Below are positions 1 to 9,128 of a stretch of DNA of 23,137 bases, in pieces. The DNA is from an uncultured Fibrobacterota bacterium. GTDB lineage: Bacteria > Fibrobacterota > Chitinivibrionia > Chitinivibrionales > FEN-1185. The notes beneath the pieces were generated by a model, which ran no database searches, was not told where the DNA came from, and saw only the letters and a program-made list of their open reading frames with translations. Made by a program: the position numbers and the translations under genes. Within the stretch, counting starts at the first letter, position 1. The number at the start of each line of letters is the position of its first letter. The stretch covers positions 1 to 23,137 of the forward strand of contig CAVWBU010000025.1 of assembly GCA_963753345.1 (NCBI GenBank), read 5' to 3'.

Positions 1-80
1 ACTACATCATGCCTGCCACTCAAACACAAATTGCCCGATAGCGGACAATCAACCATTCCGAACCCGTTTTCTGGCCTTTT

Positions 81-94
81 CATGGCATACAACG
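81..94 (-). other. Candidate attI/attC-like recombination core (CGTTGTATGCCATG) just downstream of the integrase
   Basis: Minus strand reads AAGGAGC-GTTGTAT-GCCATG about 23 nt after the integrase stop. GTT core resembling integron G/TTRRRY sites with one mismatch. Only one site is visible because the window ends. Confidence 0.3.
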
Positions 95-116
95 CTCCTT
101 TAGTCTGCCCATCTCT

Positions 117-1385
117 TCAGGAAACGTTCAAGGAGGCAAGCGGACTTCTGATTTTTGCAATCTCCTCTCTGCTGACATGCGTGTAAATTTGGGTGGTCTT
201 GATGCTCGAATGGCCGAGCAGCACCTGTATTTGACGGAGATCAACGCCTTGCTCAAGAAGGTGCGTGGCGTAACTGTGCCGTAAGGAATGAATACCTCCT
301 CGGCGCTGGATACCGGCCTTCTTGCACGCATTGTCATAAATCTTTTCTACGGTTCGTGAAGGATAGGGTCGTCCTTTTTCCGAGCCTTCAAAGAAATAAA
401 CCAGATCGGAGTTTCTTGCCAGGTATCGCCGGATCGGCAGTACCATGCATTGATCGAGCGGCATGTCGCGCTCCTTTGATCCCTTGCCATGAATTCGTAT
501 GACTGCGCGGTCCCAGTTGATATCGTTTGGCTTCAACATGACGATTTCATTCAATCGCAGGCCGCAGCCATAGGCCAGCACAAGGACCAACTTATGTTTG
601 GGATTGGATGCAGCCTCAAGGAGCTTTTGCACATCTCCTTGTCCGTAAACCTTTGGAAGACTCTTGCCAACCTTCATGCGAGGTAATCCGGAAACAGCTT
701 CCGCGTTGCCGACAACTTTGCTGTAAAAAAAAGAAATCGCGGCTGCGGCGAGGTTTACCGTTCGGGGAGCCAACCCTCTGTCCGATTTGAGGTGCAGCAA
801 ATGGGTCTTTATCCTATCATCGTCTGTGGGTGCAGGGTGTCTGCCTAGGACTTCAAGATACCGCCTTACCGCGTTGCTGTAAATGGCCAGGGTTCTTTGA
901 CTGAAATTTTGTACCTTCAATTCTTTGGACAGGCGAGAGATCCATTGGTCCAGTTCGGGCTTCCAGTTTGTCGTGGGATTGCAATAGATAGTCTTCTTTG
1001 TTTCAGGCAAGGCAGCCGGAATTTGCGGTACTGTATCGCTCGAATTGATGGGAGTTTCAATCCGATTCTTACGTGTGGGGACCTCTGATGGCTGTCCGGA
1101 TGGCTTACTCAGCGCCGCCAGGTGCTTTTCCGACCGCGCCACGGTCTCGTAAAACATCACCAGGGGCTGCCGGACGTCGTTCTGTTGCCTCCCGATGAAC
1201 GAAAGCAACTTGTCGACGTCGATGTCCCTCGGGTTCCCCGGATTTTCCGATAGAAACTTATTGACAATGGCATAATGGAACCGCGAAAGGTTCTGACCGA
1301 TCCCGCGCGCGGTCAATTCGCGTGACAACTTCTTGAGCCAGACTTCTCGCCATTCGTCGTTTGTGGTAGGGCTGGTCGTTTCCAT
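117..1385 (-). CDS. Tyrosine recombinase/integrase (XerD / integron-integrase-like) with tandem N-terminal SAM-like domains, about 422 aa
   Basis: Catalytic motifs YGCGLRLNE (R), GKGSKER (K), HSLRHSYATH (HxxR), LLGH and TTQIYTH (Y), plus an IntI-like RSPL tail. Start taken at ATG 1385 (METTSP) rather than 1541, which runs into a repeat. Confidence 0.93.
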   Translation of the reverse strand: METTSPTTNDEWREVWLKKLSRELTARGIGQNLSRFHYAIVNKFLSENPGNPRDIDVDKLLSFIGRQQNDVRQPLVMFYETVARSEKHLAALSKPSGQPSEVPTRKNRIETPINSSDTVPQIPAALPETKKTIYCNPTTNWKPELDQWISRLSKELKVQNFSQRTLAIYSNAVRRYLEVLGRHPAPTDDDRIKTHLLHLKSDRGLAPRTVNLAAAAISFFYSKVVGNAEAVSGLPRMKVGKSLPKVYGQGDVQKLLEAASNPKHKLVLVLAYGCGLRLNEIVMLKPNDINWDRAVIRIHGKGSKERDMPLDQCMVLPIRRYLARNSDLVYFFEGSEKGRPYPSRTVEKIYDNACKKAGIQRRGGIHSLRHSYATHLLEQGVDLRQIQVLLGHSSIKTTQIYTHVSREEIAKIRSPLASLNVS

Positions 1386-1509
1386 TCGGGGCCTGATCTC
1401 CCGCGGGTTGGAGTGGGGCGTGTCGCGGGGAATGGTTAAAAAACAATTCATGCGGTGTATGGATGCAAGGATAATTGCAAAAGCGGAAATGGACATATCA
1501 ATCAATCCG

Positions 1510-1545
1510 GAGATTGCTTCGTCGCCTGCAGTTCCTCGCAATTAC
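1510..1545. repeat. REP-like palindromic repeat half-element (GAGATTGCTTCGTCGC...CCTCGCAATTAC)
   Basis: Resembles, from memory, the widespread intergenic family GATTGCTTCGTCGC-N-CTCCTCGCAATGAC. Only one arm is present. Confidence 0.55.
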
Positions 1546-1609
1546 ACCTCTTCGTGATTAGCCGAAAGAAAATTTGCCATCCGATATTCCGCAACAACAG
1601 CTCTCCGCG

Positions 1610-1735
1610 GGTGCCCCCACAACATAGGTTGATACTTGCCAGTTTACTACCTCGGGGTGCACCCAAGAGGGGGTAGCGCAGGACACCGCAGGCCGAAGGC
1701 CGAGGAGTCCGGAGCGAGGGGGATACTTCCCCCCT
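1610..1735. repeat. Dispersed structured element family A, copy 1
   Basis: Shares ordered blocks GGTGCCCCC, CTTGCCA, ACTWCCTMGGGG, ACCCAMGAGGGGGTA and AGGGGGAYACTTCCCCC with 12033-12184. Confidence 0.8.
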
Positions 1736-1797
1736 TGAAATCCGCTTTTCTCTTAGCCTTCAATAACCTCTCTTCAGATAGTATTTTATCTCTACTC

Positions 1798-4275
1798 ATG
1801 AAAAACTCTCCATTTTTTCGTCAGAAAACAGGCTCATCGATCCGTCCTGTCCATGCATTTGTGCTTGTTGCCGCGTGGTCTGCTGCCAGCATGTTCCTTC
1901 TTTCCGGCGGCTGCGGAAACCCGATTGCCGATAAGCGCATTGCGCCTCGCTTTGCCGCGCCTGCCGACACCGCTGTGTTTGTGAAGGACTCCGTTGTTGT
2001 CAAGGCGCACCCGCTCAATGCCGGGACCGGCGGCATGGATTTCGTGTGGTACCTTGACGGAAGCAAGCTGCCCGGCCGCTCGAAGACCGACAGCGCGTGC
2101 GGGCTGTACTTCGGCATCCGCGACACAGGCGGCCACAGGCTGGTGGTGTTTGCAGAGGGGAACAACGGTTTATGGTCGGGTCCGGAAACTTCGACTGTTT
2201 ACGTGCGTCTCGGCAGGCCTGTTTTGCATCTTTCCGTGCGCGACACGATGGTTTTCCCCGGCGAAACTCTTGCGGTTTTCCCGAAGGCGTTCGATACCAA
2301 CGGGACAATCGCCGGGTTCTCGTCGCGCGTTGATTCCGGCGGCCCGGTGTTGTTCGGCCCGCAGGACACCCTTCGTTTCGTGTTTTCGAAACCGGGGAGC
2401 GCTCATCGCATTGTGGTGACCGCAATGGACGACGACAGCCTGGTGTCCGCTCCGGAAAGCCTTGCGGTGGGCGTTCTGTTCGATCCTCCTTCGGTTGCGA
2501 TCTCATGCGCCGGCTCCGTGGCAATTCACGACACCCTCATGCTGCACGCAGCCCGGCGCGACGCCTTCGGCACCACGGTACGATGGCTGTGGGCAAAGGG
2601 CCTCAGGGCGTTTACCGACACGACGCTGGCGGATTCCTTCGGGGTTGTCTTCAACCGCTCCGATTCCGGTCTGCGGCACGTGTACGTGAAGGCCGTGGAT
2701 ACGCACGGTCAGGAATCGAATGTCGACTCCGCGGCCGTTGTGGTGAGGCTCATGGGGCCGGTGGTCGCCATCACGCAGGATACCATGGTGTTCGTAAACG
2801 ACACGGTCACCATAGCCGCGCGCGGCGCTGACACAAACGGCTGGGTAGCCCGCTATGTGTGGGCGTTCGACTCCTTGTTTTCCGACACCACCACCGTGCC
2901 GTTCGTGCGGCACGCATGGCCGCTGGCCGACACTGGCCGGGTGAATCTTGTCCGCGTGAAGGCCATCGACAACGATTCCATCGAATCGCGGCCCGACACC
3001 ATGAGGGTCACCTTGACATATGGGTTTCCTTACATTGCACGTCCCATACCGGACACGGCCATGCGCTGGACCGACACCATCACCGAACGGTGCATTGCCA
3101 ACAGCACCGGCGGCAGAATAGAAAAGTACCTGTGGAATGTCGGCGGCGCGGGCTGGACCGACAGCTCGGAGTCCGATTCAATACGCATCACGGGAAAGCG
3201 GCACGGCCTTCTCACGGTGGTCGCAGGCGCGCGCGATGTCTCCGGGATTGTCGCGGTCGACACGTTTGTCATCAACTGCACTGCGGTGGTATGCTCGGTG
3301 TTTGTCATCAATCCCGGGCAGGCGGATACCCTGTACGTGCCGCTGTGCGGTCTTGGAAAGGGGAAAGTCCGGTTCATGTTCCTGGCCCAGCGCGCGGACC
3401 AGGTCGAAGACGCATTTGTCTACAAGGTTTTCACGGGCACGTCGCCGTCGAGCATGAGCGCGCAGTTCAGCGGCACGGCCAATGCCACGATTCTTTCCGT
3501 GCTTGACACGGGGACATGCTTCTGGAAGGTGCTCGCCGTGGATTCGCATAACGACAGCGGGTGGACCGCCGGCAGCCAGGTGTGCCGCCTCCAGAAACGC
3601 ATGTGCTTTGTCGGCCATTCCATCGTGACCGGGCTCGGCGGCGATGCGGGGCGCGGCGGCTTCCGAAGGTCCGTGATCGACAGTCTGCGCGCGCGCGCAG
3701 GATACCCGCATGGAATAGGCTGCGAGGGCGCGCTGACAACAGGCCAGCTCAAACCCGATGATGACGATTCATGCATGGCAAGGATCGGCGCGATGGCGTT
3801 TGACATTTATGATTCGCTTGCCATGTATCCCGATGTCAACGCGGATATTTGGGTGTTCATGAACGGCGTCAACGACGGATACACCAGGTTTCCCGGCTTT
3901 TTCTACTGCCAGAACACGATCGACATGATGCATTCACGGAACCCGAACAGCGAGATCTACGTCATCAACGGCCTGCCGCTGCCTCACGACACCATGGATG
4001 CGCTGTACGTCATCGATTCCACCGACAGAAAAAACCTCTACACCTTCAACCGGGCGCTCGATTCCCTTGCAATCCAGCGATGCGCGTCCTGGAAGTCGCA
4101 GAAGCAGAACGGCGTATGGCTCGTGGACGCGTTTTCGCCCCTGTCGCTGCCGGACAGTTCGTACAACCCAGCCTACTTCTACGACTTCGTGCATCCGAAC
4201 CAGTCCGGTTACGATCTCATGGCGCAGCGTGATTCAAATACGATGAAGTCCGCGAACAGCGCTTATTTCCGGTAG
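1798..4275 (+). CDS. Probable lipoprotein with several Ig/PKD-like repeats and a C-terminal SGNH/GDSL hydrolase domain, about 825 aa
   Basis: ATG 1798 gives MKNSPFFRQK, a hydrophobic stretch and LSGGC (lipobox-like). Repeated motifs DxxGxIxxYxW and VKAxDxxxxxS. SGNH blocks FVGHSI, MNGVND and DFVHP. Confidence 0.8.
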   Translation: MKNSPFFRQKTGSSIRPVHAFVLVAAWSAASMFLLSGGCGNPIADKRIAPRFAAPADTAVFVKDSVVVKAHPLNAGTGGMDFVWYLDGSKLPGRSKTDSACGLYFGIRDTGGHRLVVFAEGNNGLWSGPETSTVYVRLGRPVLHLSVRDTMVFPGETLAVFPKAFDTNGTIAGFSSRVDSGGPVLFGPQDTLRFVFSKPGSAHRIVVTAMDDDSLVSAPESLAVGVLFDPPSVAISCAGSVAIHDTLMLHAARRDAFGTTVRWLWAKGLRAFTDTTLADSFGVVFNRSDSGLRHVYVKAVDTHGQESNVDSAAVVVRLMGPVVAITQDTMVFVNDTVTIAARGADTNGWVARYVWAFDSLFSDTTTVPFVRHAWPLADTGRVNLVRVKAIDNDSIESRPDTMRVTLTYGFPYIARPIPDTAMRWTDTITERCIANSTGGRIEKYLWNVGGAGWTDSSESDSIRITGKRHGLLTVVAGARDVSGIVAVDTFVINCTAVVCSVFVINPGQADTLYVPLCGLGKGKVRFMFLAQRADQVEDAFVYKVFTGTSPSSMSAQFSGTANATILSVLDTGTCFWKVLAVDSHNDSGWTAGSQVCRLQKRMCFVGHSIVTGLGGDAGRGGFRRSVIDSLRARAGYPHGIGCEGALTTGQLKPDDDDSCMARIGAMAFDIYDSLAMYPDVNADIWVFMNGVNDGYTRFPGFFYCQNTIDMMHSRNPNSEIYVINGLPLPHDTMDALYVIDSTDRKNLYTFNRALDSLAIQRCASWKSQKQNGVWLVDAFSPLSLPDSSYNPAYFYDFVHPNQSGYDLMAQRDSNTMKSANSAYFR

Positions 4276-4340
4276 ACAGGGATGATTATTTGCATGATGT
4301 CAAGAGCAATGGATTAGTCATGCGATGAAGGGGTTAGCCA

Positions 4341-4368
4341 TCCGCATTCCACAATCCGCAATCTGCAA
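4341..4368 (+). repeat. Heptamer tandem array (TCYRCAW x4)
   Basis: tccgcat tccacaa tccgcaa tctgcaa, directly before the terminator hairpin. Confidence 0.75.
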
Positions 4369-4370
4369 TA

Positions 4371-4405
4371 GAAAGGGCCCCGCGGCATTGCCGCAGGGCC
4401 CTTTC
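4371..4405. terminator. Intrinsic terminator hairpin between convergent genes
   Basis: GAAAGGGCCC-cGCGGCA-t-TGCCGC-a-GGGCCCTTTC inverted repeat between stops at 4275 and 4430. Confidence 0.85.
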
Positions 4406-4429
4406 AGTCTGTTAATGCTACGCGTCCGC

Positions 4430-7273
4430 TCAGTGCGTGAGCACGATCTTCTTCGCGGGGCACGCTTCGCCGTTGACGGCAACCGTGACAAAGTAGACGC
4501 CGGCGGCGCGGATTCCCGCCTCAGCCCTTGGAGCGATTGAGACAGAATGCCATCCGGCGGGCTGGCGCGAGGCCGGAATTCGGCTCACCACCTGCCCGTG
4601 GGCGTTGAGGATGTCGATCACAACGTCCGAAACGCCGGGCAGGTAGTACTTGACAAGATGGCCGGCCGTGTAGACCCGCGCGCCCATCGCCCCGCCCGAA
4701 AGCGCATTCGGCAGCGCCGGATTTGCCACCACCGTGATGTCGGACACCGGCTTGATGTCGTAGGTGGTGGATGCCGTTGGCGTGGGAAGGCCGTTTACCG
4801 TCGCGGTCACGGTGATAGTGCCGGTTGCAAACTGCGAGCGAACGGCGACCATCGCCTTGCCGCCTTCGATGTTAAGTTCCGGATCAAGAGGAGCGTGATA
4901 CCCGTACCCCTGTCCCGTCGTTACAAACTGGTCGCTCCCGCCGCGGTAGGTGGCTGGTCCGGCAACGTTCCAGGTGATTTTCCCGGAGTCGGTTGGACAC
5001 CAGTTGCCGTTTGCGTCAACAATGGTGGCAAGAATGAGAGCGACGTCCGTTCCGTTGGCGGTAACGTTGAACGTTTCGCCGTTGGGTTTGGTCGTGTTCT
5101 GTTCCTGGGTGAGCACGATATGATTCGGCGCGCCCGCCGTCACCTTCTGGTCGGTGCATACCACGTTTCCGTTCGCGTCAAGACCTTCGGCCTTGAGCGT
5201 GCCGGCTTGGAATGCGACGTTGGTGAACGTGCACTGGAAAGGTTCCTGCGTGGTTGTGTTGCTCACATCGGTGATGCCGCCTGAGGCGCCAAGCTGGCCG
5301 TTGGGAACCTGTGTGCCCACGACCGTGCTGTTTACGCTGAGGCGGACACTGGGACAGTTGCTCCAAACATCAACCCGAACCGTGCCGGAACGGTTCCAAT
5401 GGTTGGCAATTGCGATCCGTGGCTGCAGCGAATAGGGGATCCAGCACACGCCGTACTGGTAATACAGATATTTCGGAATGCGGTTAAAGTCGGTCATGGA
5501 GGATCCGAAGGAGCGCGCGTTGTTCGAGGCAACGCCTTCCTCATACGGTCCTGTTTCGCCCGGCGTTTCCATCAAATACCATTGGCACATTCCAAAACAA
5601 TTGTTCTTGATGCCGCCCGCCCAGTCACGCAGGAATTCGCCGCAGAAATCGACCTGAAAGTCGTAGGCAAAACGCGAGCTGTGCCTGCCCCAGTATTCCG
5701 AGCCCCACCATGGGAAATTGATGTTGTTGCCGAGCGGTTTCTGCTGCGCATCGCAACCGGTGAGCGTGCACCCATGAAGGTCAATCTTGCCGTTTGTGAA
5801 AGGTTTGCCGCGCAGGGAAATGACTCTGGGTGCCAGCGAGTCCCATGTGTTGCTGATGGTTCGCAATGTGTCGGCATAGAGCGAATCCATGTCGCCGTTA
5901 CTGGCTTCCCAGGCGAGAATGCACGGGTGGCTGCGGTCCCGGATGATCATGTCCCTGTGGATCTCTTTCTTGAGAATAAGACGGGCCGGGGTCGCATTTG
6001 CTCCGTCGGAAAAGGCACCCTCGCCTTCGCCGCTGGGCTGGACGATCATGATGCCGAACGCGTCGCACGCCTCAACGAATGTCTCGCTGCATGACGAGTG
6101 GCCGGGCCTCCAGAGGTTGCCGCCGATGTCGGCGAGGATCTTTGCGTCGCGCCATTGCAGGGCGGGAGGCACGGCCGTACCGAGCGCCGGATAGTCGTAC
6201 CGCGACGCGGCGCCGTACAAGTGATGCACATGACCATTGATATAAGGGAAATTTTTGTCCCAGGTGATCGTGCGGATTCCGAGCGGACTCTGGACAAGGT
6301 CCACAATTGTATTTCCAACCTTGATTATGTGATAAACCTTATAAAGATTCGGTTTCCCGTAGGGACTGTTGTTAGGATACCACAGTTTGGGATTGGCGAT
6401 CGTGCCTGTCTGGTCGAAGATAAAGTTCGAGCCTGCAGCGATGCTTTGCGTTGCGTCCTGCGAAAGGGCTACCATGTTGTTTGAAGCGTCAACCACCTTC
6501 GTGGTGAGCGTCACCGCCTGGGCCGTGGTGTTGTCGTTCTGGACGTTTGTGAGGATGCGCACGGTCGCCTGCGATCCGTCGGTGGAAACGTTGGTGGTGG
6601 CCACATAGGTTCCCCATTGCTGCATGCCCGAGTACTCGTTGCTCGGCACGTGTACCTTGTCGGTGATGTGGAGCCACGCCGGCCGGAAAGGCCCGCCATC
6701 GCCCTGGCCGAACCGGAATACGGTTGAAAAACCAGGGTCCGTAAACCAGGCGGCGTTCATGGCCGCGCGGACCGCGATAACGTTGTTGGTTCCGTCAAAT
6801 CTTACCAGGCTGGTAATGTCATGGGTAAATCCGACAAATCCGATGACATGAGTGGCCTGGGGATTGAGCGCACTTGTGGTGGGCAGCATCGTGCCGTTCA
6901 CATATACCTGGCAGCCCAAATGGACTCCTTCAAATTCCAGAAAAACCTTTCTGCCGGAGTACTTGGCGTCGAGGGTGAAGCTCTTGCGGTACCAGTAGGG
7001 ACCGCCCGGCAGGTTGCCGCCGCCGGAAGTATTATTGACAAATGTCTGGTCTTCAGCCATGCAGTGCGGAATTCCGACGGTCGCGCCGGCTGCGTCGTTG
7101 TAGGCCGGATCCTGTGCGCCCACAGGGTCGGAGGTGATGTATTTCCATGCAGTTGCCCCGAGATTGATTTCCACCCTGTTGCTCGAATCCGGCGCATAAG
7201 TCTGGCCGAAACCGGAAACAGCGCCTGCAATCACCAGCGCAAAGGCCAAGATGCACATTCGTCGAAGAATCAT
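4430..7273 (-). CDS. Secreted glycoside hydrolase family 2 (beta-galactosidase-like; DUF4982/Ig domains; T9SS-like C-terminal domain)
   Basis: Signal peptide. GH2 N-domain motifs WYRKSF and FLEFEGV..VYVNG, LWYP...PNLY, GIRTI..INGH, IRDRSHPCILAW and nucleophile-like SEYW. C-terminal AAGVYFV..KKIVL tail. RBS AAGGGGGG upstream. Confidence 0.9.
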   Translation of the reverse strand: MILRRMCILAFALVIAGAVSGFGQTYAPDSSNRVEINLGATAWKYITSDPVGAQDPAYNDAAGATVGIPHCMAEDQTFVNNTSGGGNLPGGPYWYRKSFTLDAKYSGRKVFLEFEGVHLGCQVYVNGTMLPTTSALNPQATHVIGFVGFTHDITSLVRFDGTNNVIAVRAAMNAAWFTDPGFSTVFRFGQGDGGPFRPAWLHITDKVHVPSNEYSGMQQWGTYVATTNVSTDGSQATVRILTNVQNDNTTAQAVTLTTKVVDASNNMVALSQDATQSIAAGSNFIFDQTGTIANPKLWYPNNSPYGKPNLYKVYHIIKVGNTIVDLVQSPLGIRTITWDKNFPYINGHVHHLYGAASRYDYPALGTAVPPALQWRDAKILADIGGNLWRPGHSSCSETFVEACDAFGIMIVQPSGEGEGAFSDGANATPARLILKKEIHRDMIIRDRSHPCILAWEASNGDMDSLYADTLRTISNTWDSLAPRVISLRGKPFTNGKIDLHGCTLTGCDAQQKPLGNNINFPWWGSEYWGRHSSRFAYDFQVDFCGEFLRDWAGGIKNNCFGMCQWYLMETPGETGPYEEGVASNNARSFGSSMTDFNRIPKYLYYQYGVCWIPYSLQPRIAIANHWNRSGTVRVDVWSNCPSVRLSVNSTVVGTQVPNGQLGASGGITDVSNTTTQEPFQCTFTNVAFQAGTLKAEGLDANGNVVCTDQKVTAGAPNHIVLTQEQNTTKPNGETFNVTANGTDVALILATIVDANGNWCPTDSGKITWNVAGPATYRGGSDQFVTTGQGYGYHAPLDPELNIEGGKAMVAVRSQFATGTITVTATVNGLPTPTASTTYDIKPVSDITVVANPALPNALSGGAMGARVYTAGHLVKYYLPGVSDVVIDILNAHGQVVSRIPASRQPAGWHSVSIAPRAEAGIRAAGVYFVTVAVNGEACPAKKIVLTH

Positions 7274-7464
7274 ACCGTCCCCCCTTTTATTTATATGTTA
7301 GATCAGCTAGAAAAGCGCTTAAGCTTGAAACCTGTTTGTAAACCTGTGCCTCCCGATTTCACTTGCAGAATGCTTATAAATATACGATTATTGTGGCGTT
7401 CTTGTCGGTTTTTTTCGCATGCCCCGCGCTTGAAAGTGACAGCAATCCAATTGTAAAATCTGTC

Positions 7465-8687
7465 TCACTTCAATCCGTCTTCCAGATGCCACAGGTAATA
7501 TTCCCTCAGCATCGGATGAATTTTTGACTTCCGAAGAATTGAAAACGCCATGCCCCGCAGGCGGTGAAACAGGCGCACATCGCTTTTCTCTTCCCGGCGG
7601 TATTTGTCCCACTCCGACTCGACAAGATATTTTGCCTTTGCGGCTTCCAGGAAAGCAGGGTAGAACGACAATGCCTCTCTTGGCTTGAAAGGACGTGGTT
7701 TGAGCGTCGTGGCCAAGGTCGAATCGATGACCGAACATTGCCACCTGACGCAATTCGCATACGTGCGCATGGTTGAATTCGAAGTGTCGAAGCCGGGAAT
7801 CTGGGAAACCGCCCATGCGCAGAAGGACTTTGAGAAAACGCGATCGCGGTGAAATGCCATGCCTTCATCGATTTCCTGGAATACATAGTAGGGATTTCCA
7901 GGGAATTCCGCTTCAAGAGAGCGGAAGACCGCCTGTTTTTCAGCAGCTTCGCCGGTGTCGAATGGGGAGAGAAACTGGATCAAATACTCCCGGGCGCCGT
8001 CCCTGGTGTACAGCAGAGAATCACCGGAACATACGCGCAAATAGGCAAGGCCCGAATCGAGGCTCACGCTGAGGCCGTTGAAGAGATGAACCGCGAAGCC
8101 GATTATCCCGGGTTCGTTTGCAAGCGCGCATTGGAACAGCCCGAGTCCGAGGAAAGCGTCCTTTATCTGCGGAGCAAGCGTTCTCACGGAATCGAGTGTC
8201 CGGAATGACTGAAGCCCGTCCCTGAGCGCGGTAAGAGGTTTAGAGCGTATAATCAGTGTCGCGTTGAATCCATTGATGCCCGCCTCAAGAAACATGCGTG
8301 TGGGGCGCGTCGAATCGGCAAAGTGGCGTTTGTGAAGAATGTCGAGACATTCCGCGCGCAGAGGGCCGAGTTCCAGGAACAGCGAGTCGCCTTGCTCAGG
8401 CGAATCGAATTCGTTGTTGATAATACGCCAGGAGCGCATGGCAAACCGCAGCATTGGACTCAGCGGCAGCGCGGACTCAGTCCTTTCAAGGTTGCGCATC
8501 TCGCAGGCGGTGGATTCCGCCCTTTCCCAGTGCTGGGCGAAGAATTCGTGCATCACTTCAAGCGCAAGAATATGCTGTTGAGGCGTGATGCCGGGGTAGG
8601 GTGAATTTGTGGCAGACAAGGCATGAATGGGGGAAAAAGTCGTTAAAACGAGAAAGAGAAATAAAAATGGGCGCCCCGCCTTTTCAT
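7465..8687 (-). CDS. Secreted helical (TPR-like) hypothetical protein, probable 1-nt deletion next to the start
   Basis: Long ORF with a TPR-like DAFLGLGLFQC segment. Adding one A to the A4 run after ATG 8687 (8681-8684) yields the signal peptide MKKAGRPFLFLFLVLTTFSPIHA. The uncorrected ORF runs to 8781 through heptamer repeats. Confidence 0.7.
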
Positions 8688-8790
8688 TGTAGATTTTAGA
8701 ATGCAGATTGTAGATTGGAAGACAAGGGCGGGATGAAAACGATGAATCCGCATTTGACAATCCGCAATCATCAATCCACAAACCGCAATC
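8687..8790. repeat. Two heptamer arrays in inverted orientation
   Basis: ttgtaga ttttaga atgcaga ttgtaga (8687-8714) and aatccgc atttgac aatccgc aatcatc aatccac aaaccgc aatc (8745-8790). Confidence 0.75.
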
Positions 8791-9128
8791 ATGGGTCCGG
8801 CCTGGCGCTCGGGCCAGAATGACATTGCCCGGCAGCTCTTCAGCAGGGTGAACTGAGGTGAGAATAAAACATGATACAGTTTATCTTGGTCCCAAGGTTA
8901 GGCTATGATTCTATCATAAACCCATCGTTGGCACGTTCATCTCGAATTAGGCTGTATCTCTCAGCCATTCGATGACATCGTCGCCCAAAACTTACATGTT
9001 TATCATCGAATCCATGACGAACGACAACATGACTTGTCATCTGTCTACCGCTCTCGTTAATATGCCACAGCCTAAATCTCTTCGAAAATCTCCAACCCGA
9101 TTACTCCATAAGCCATTTTTCTATCTCT

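Noticed and set aside
117-1385. Calling the gene intI or xerC/xerD
   Set aside because: It lacks the IntI-specific insertion and has an atypical N-terminus, so orthology cannot be supported.
1386-1541. N-terminal extension of the integrase ORF to 1541
   Set aside because: It begins inside a REP-like repeat and does not look like protein. ATG 1385 sits just before the first domain.
1636-1797. Upstream extension of the SGNH ORF
   Set aside because: It translates through repeat family A. The signal peptide starts at ATG 1798.
8791-9128. Short ORF 8972-9178 and a REP-like GGGTCCGGCCTGG...CCAGAATGAC
   Set aside because: No recognisable protein features, and the repeat resemblance is too weak. 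Probably a divergent promoter region.
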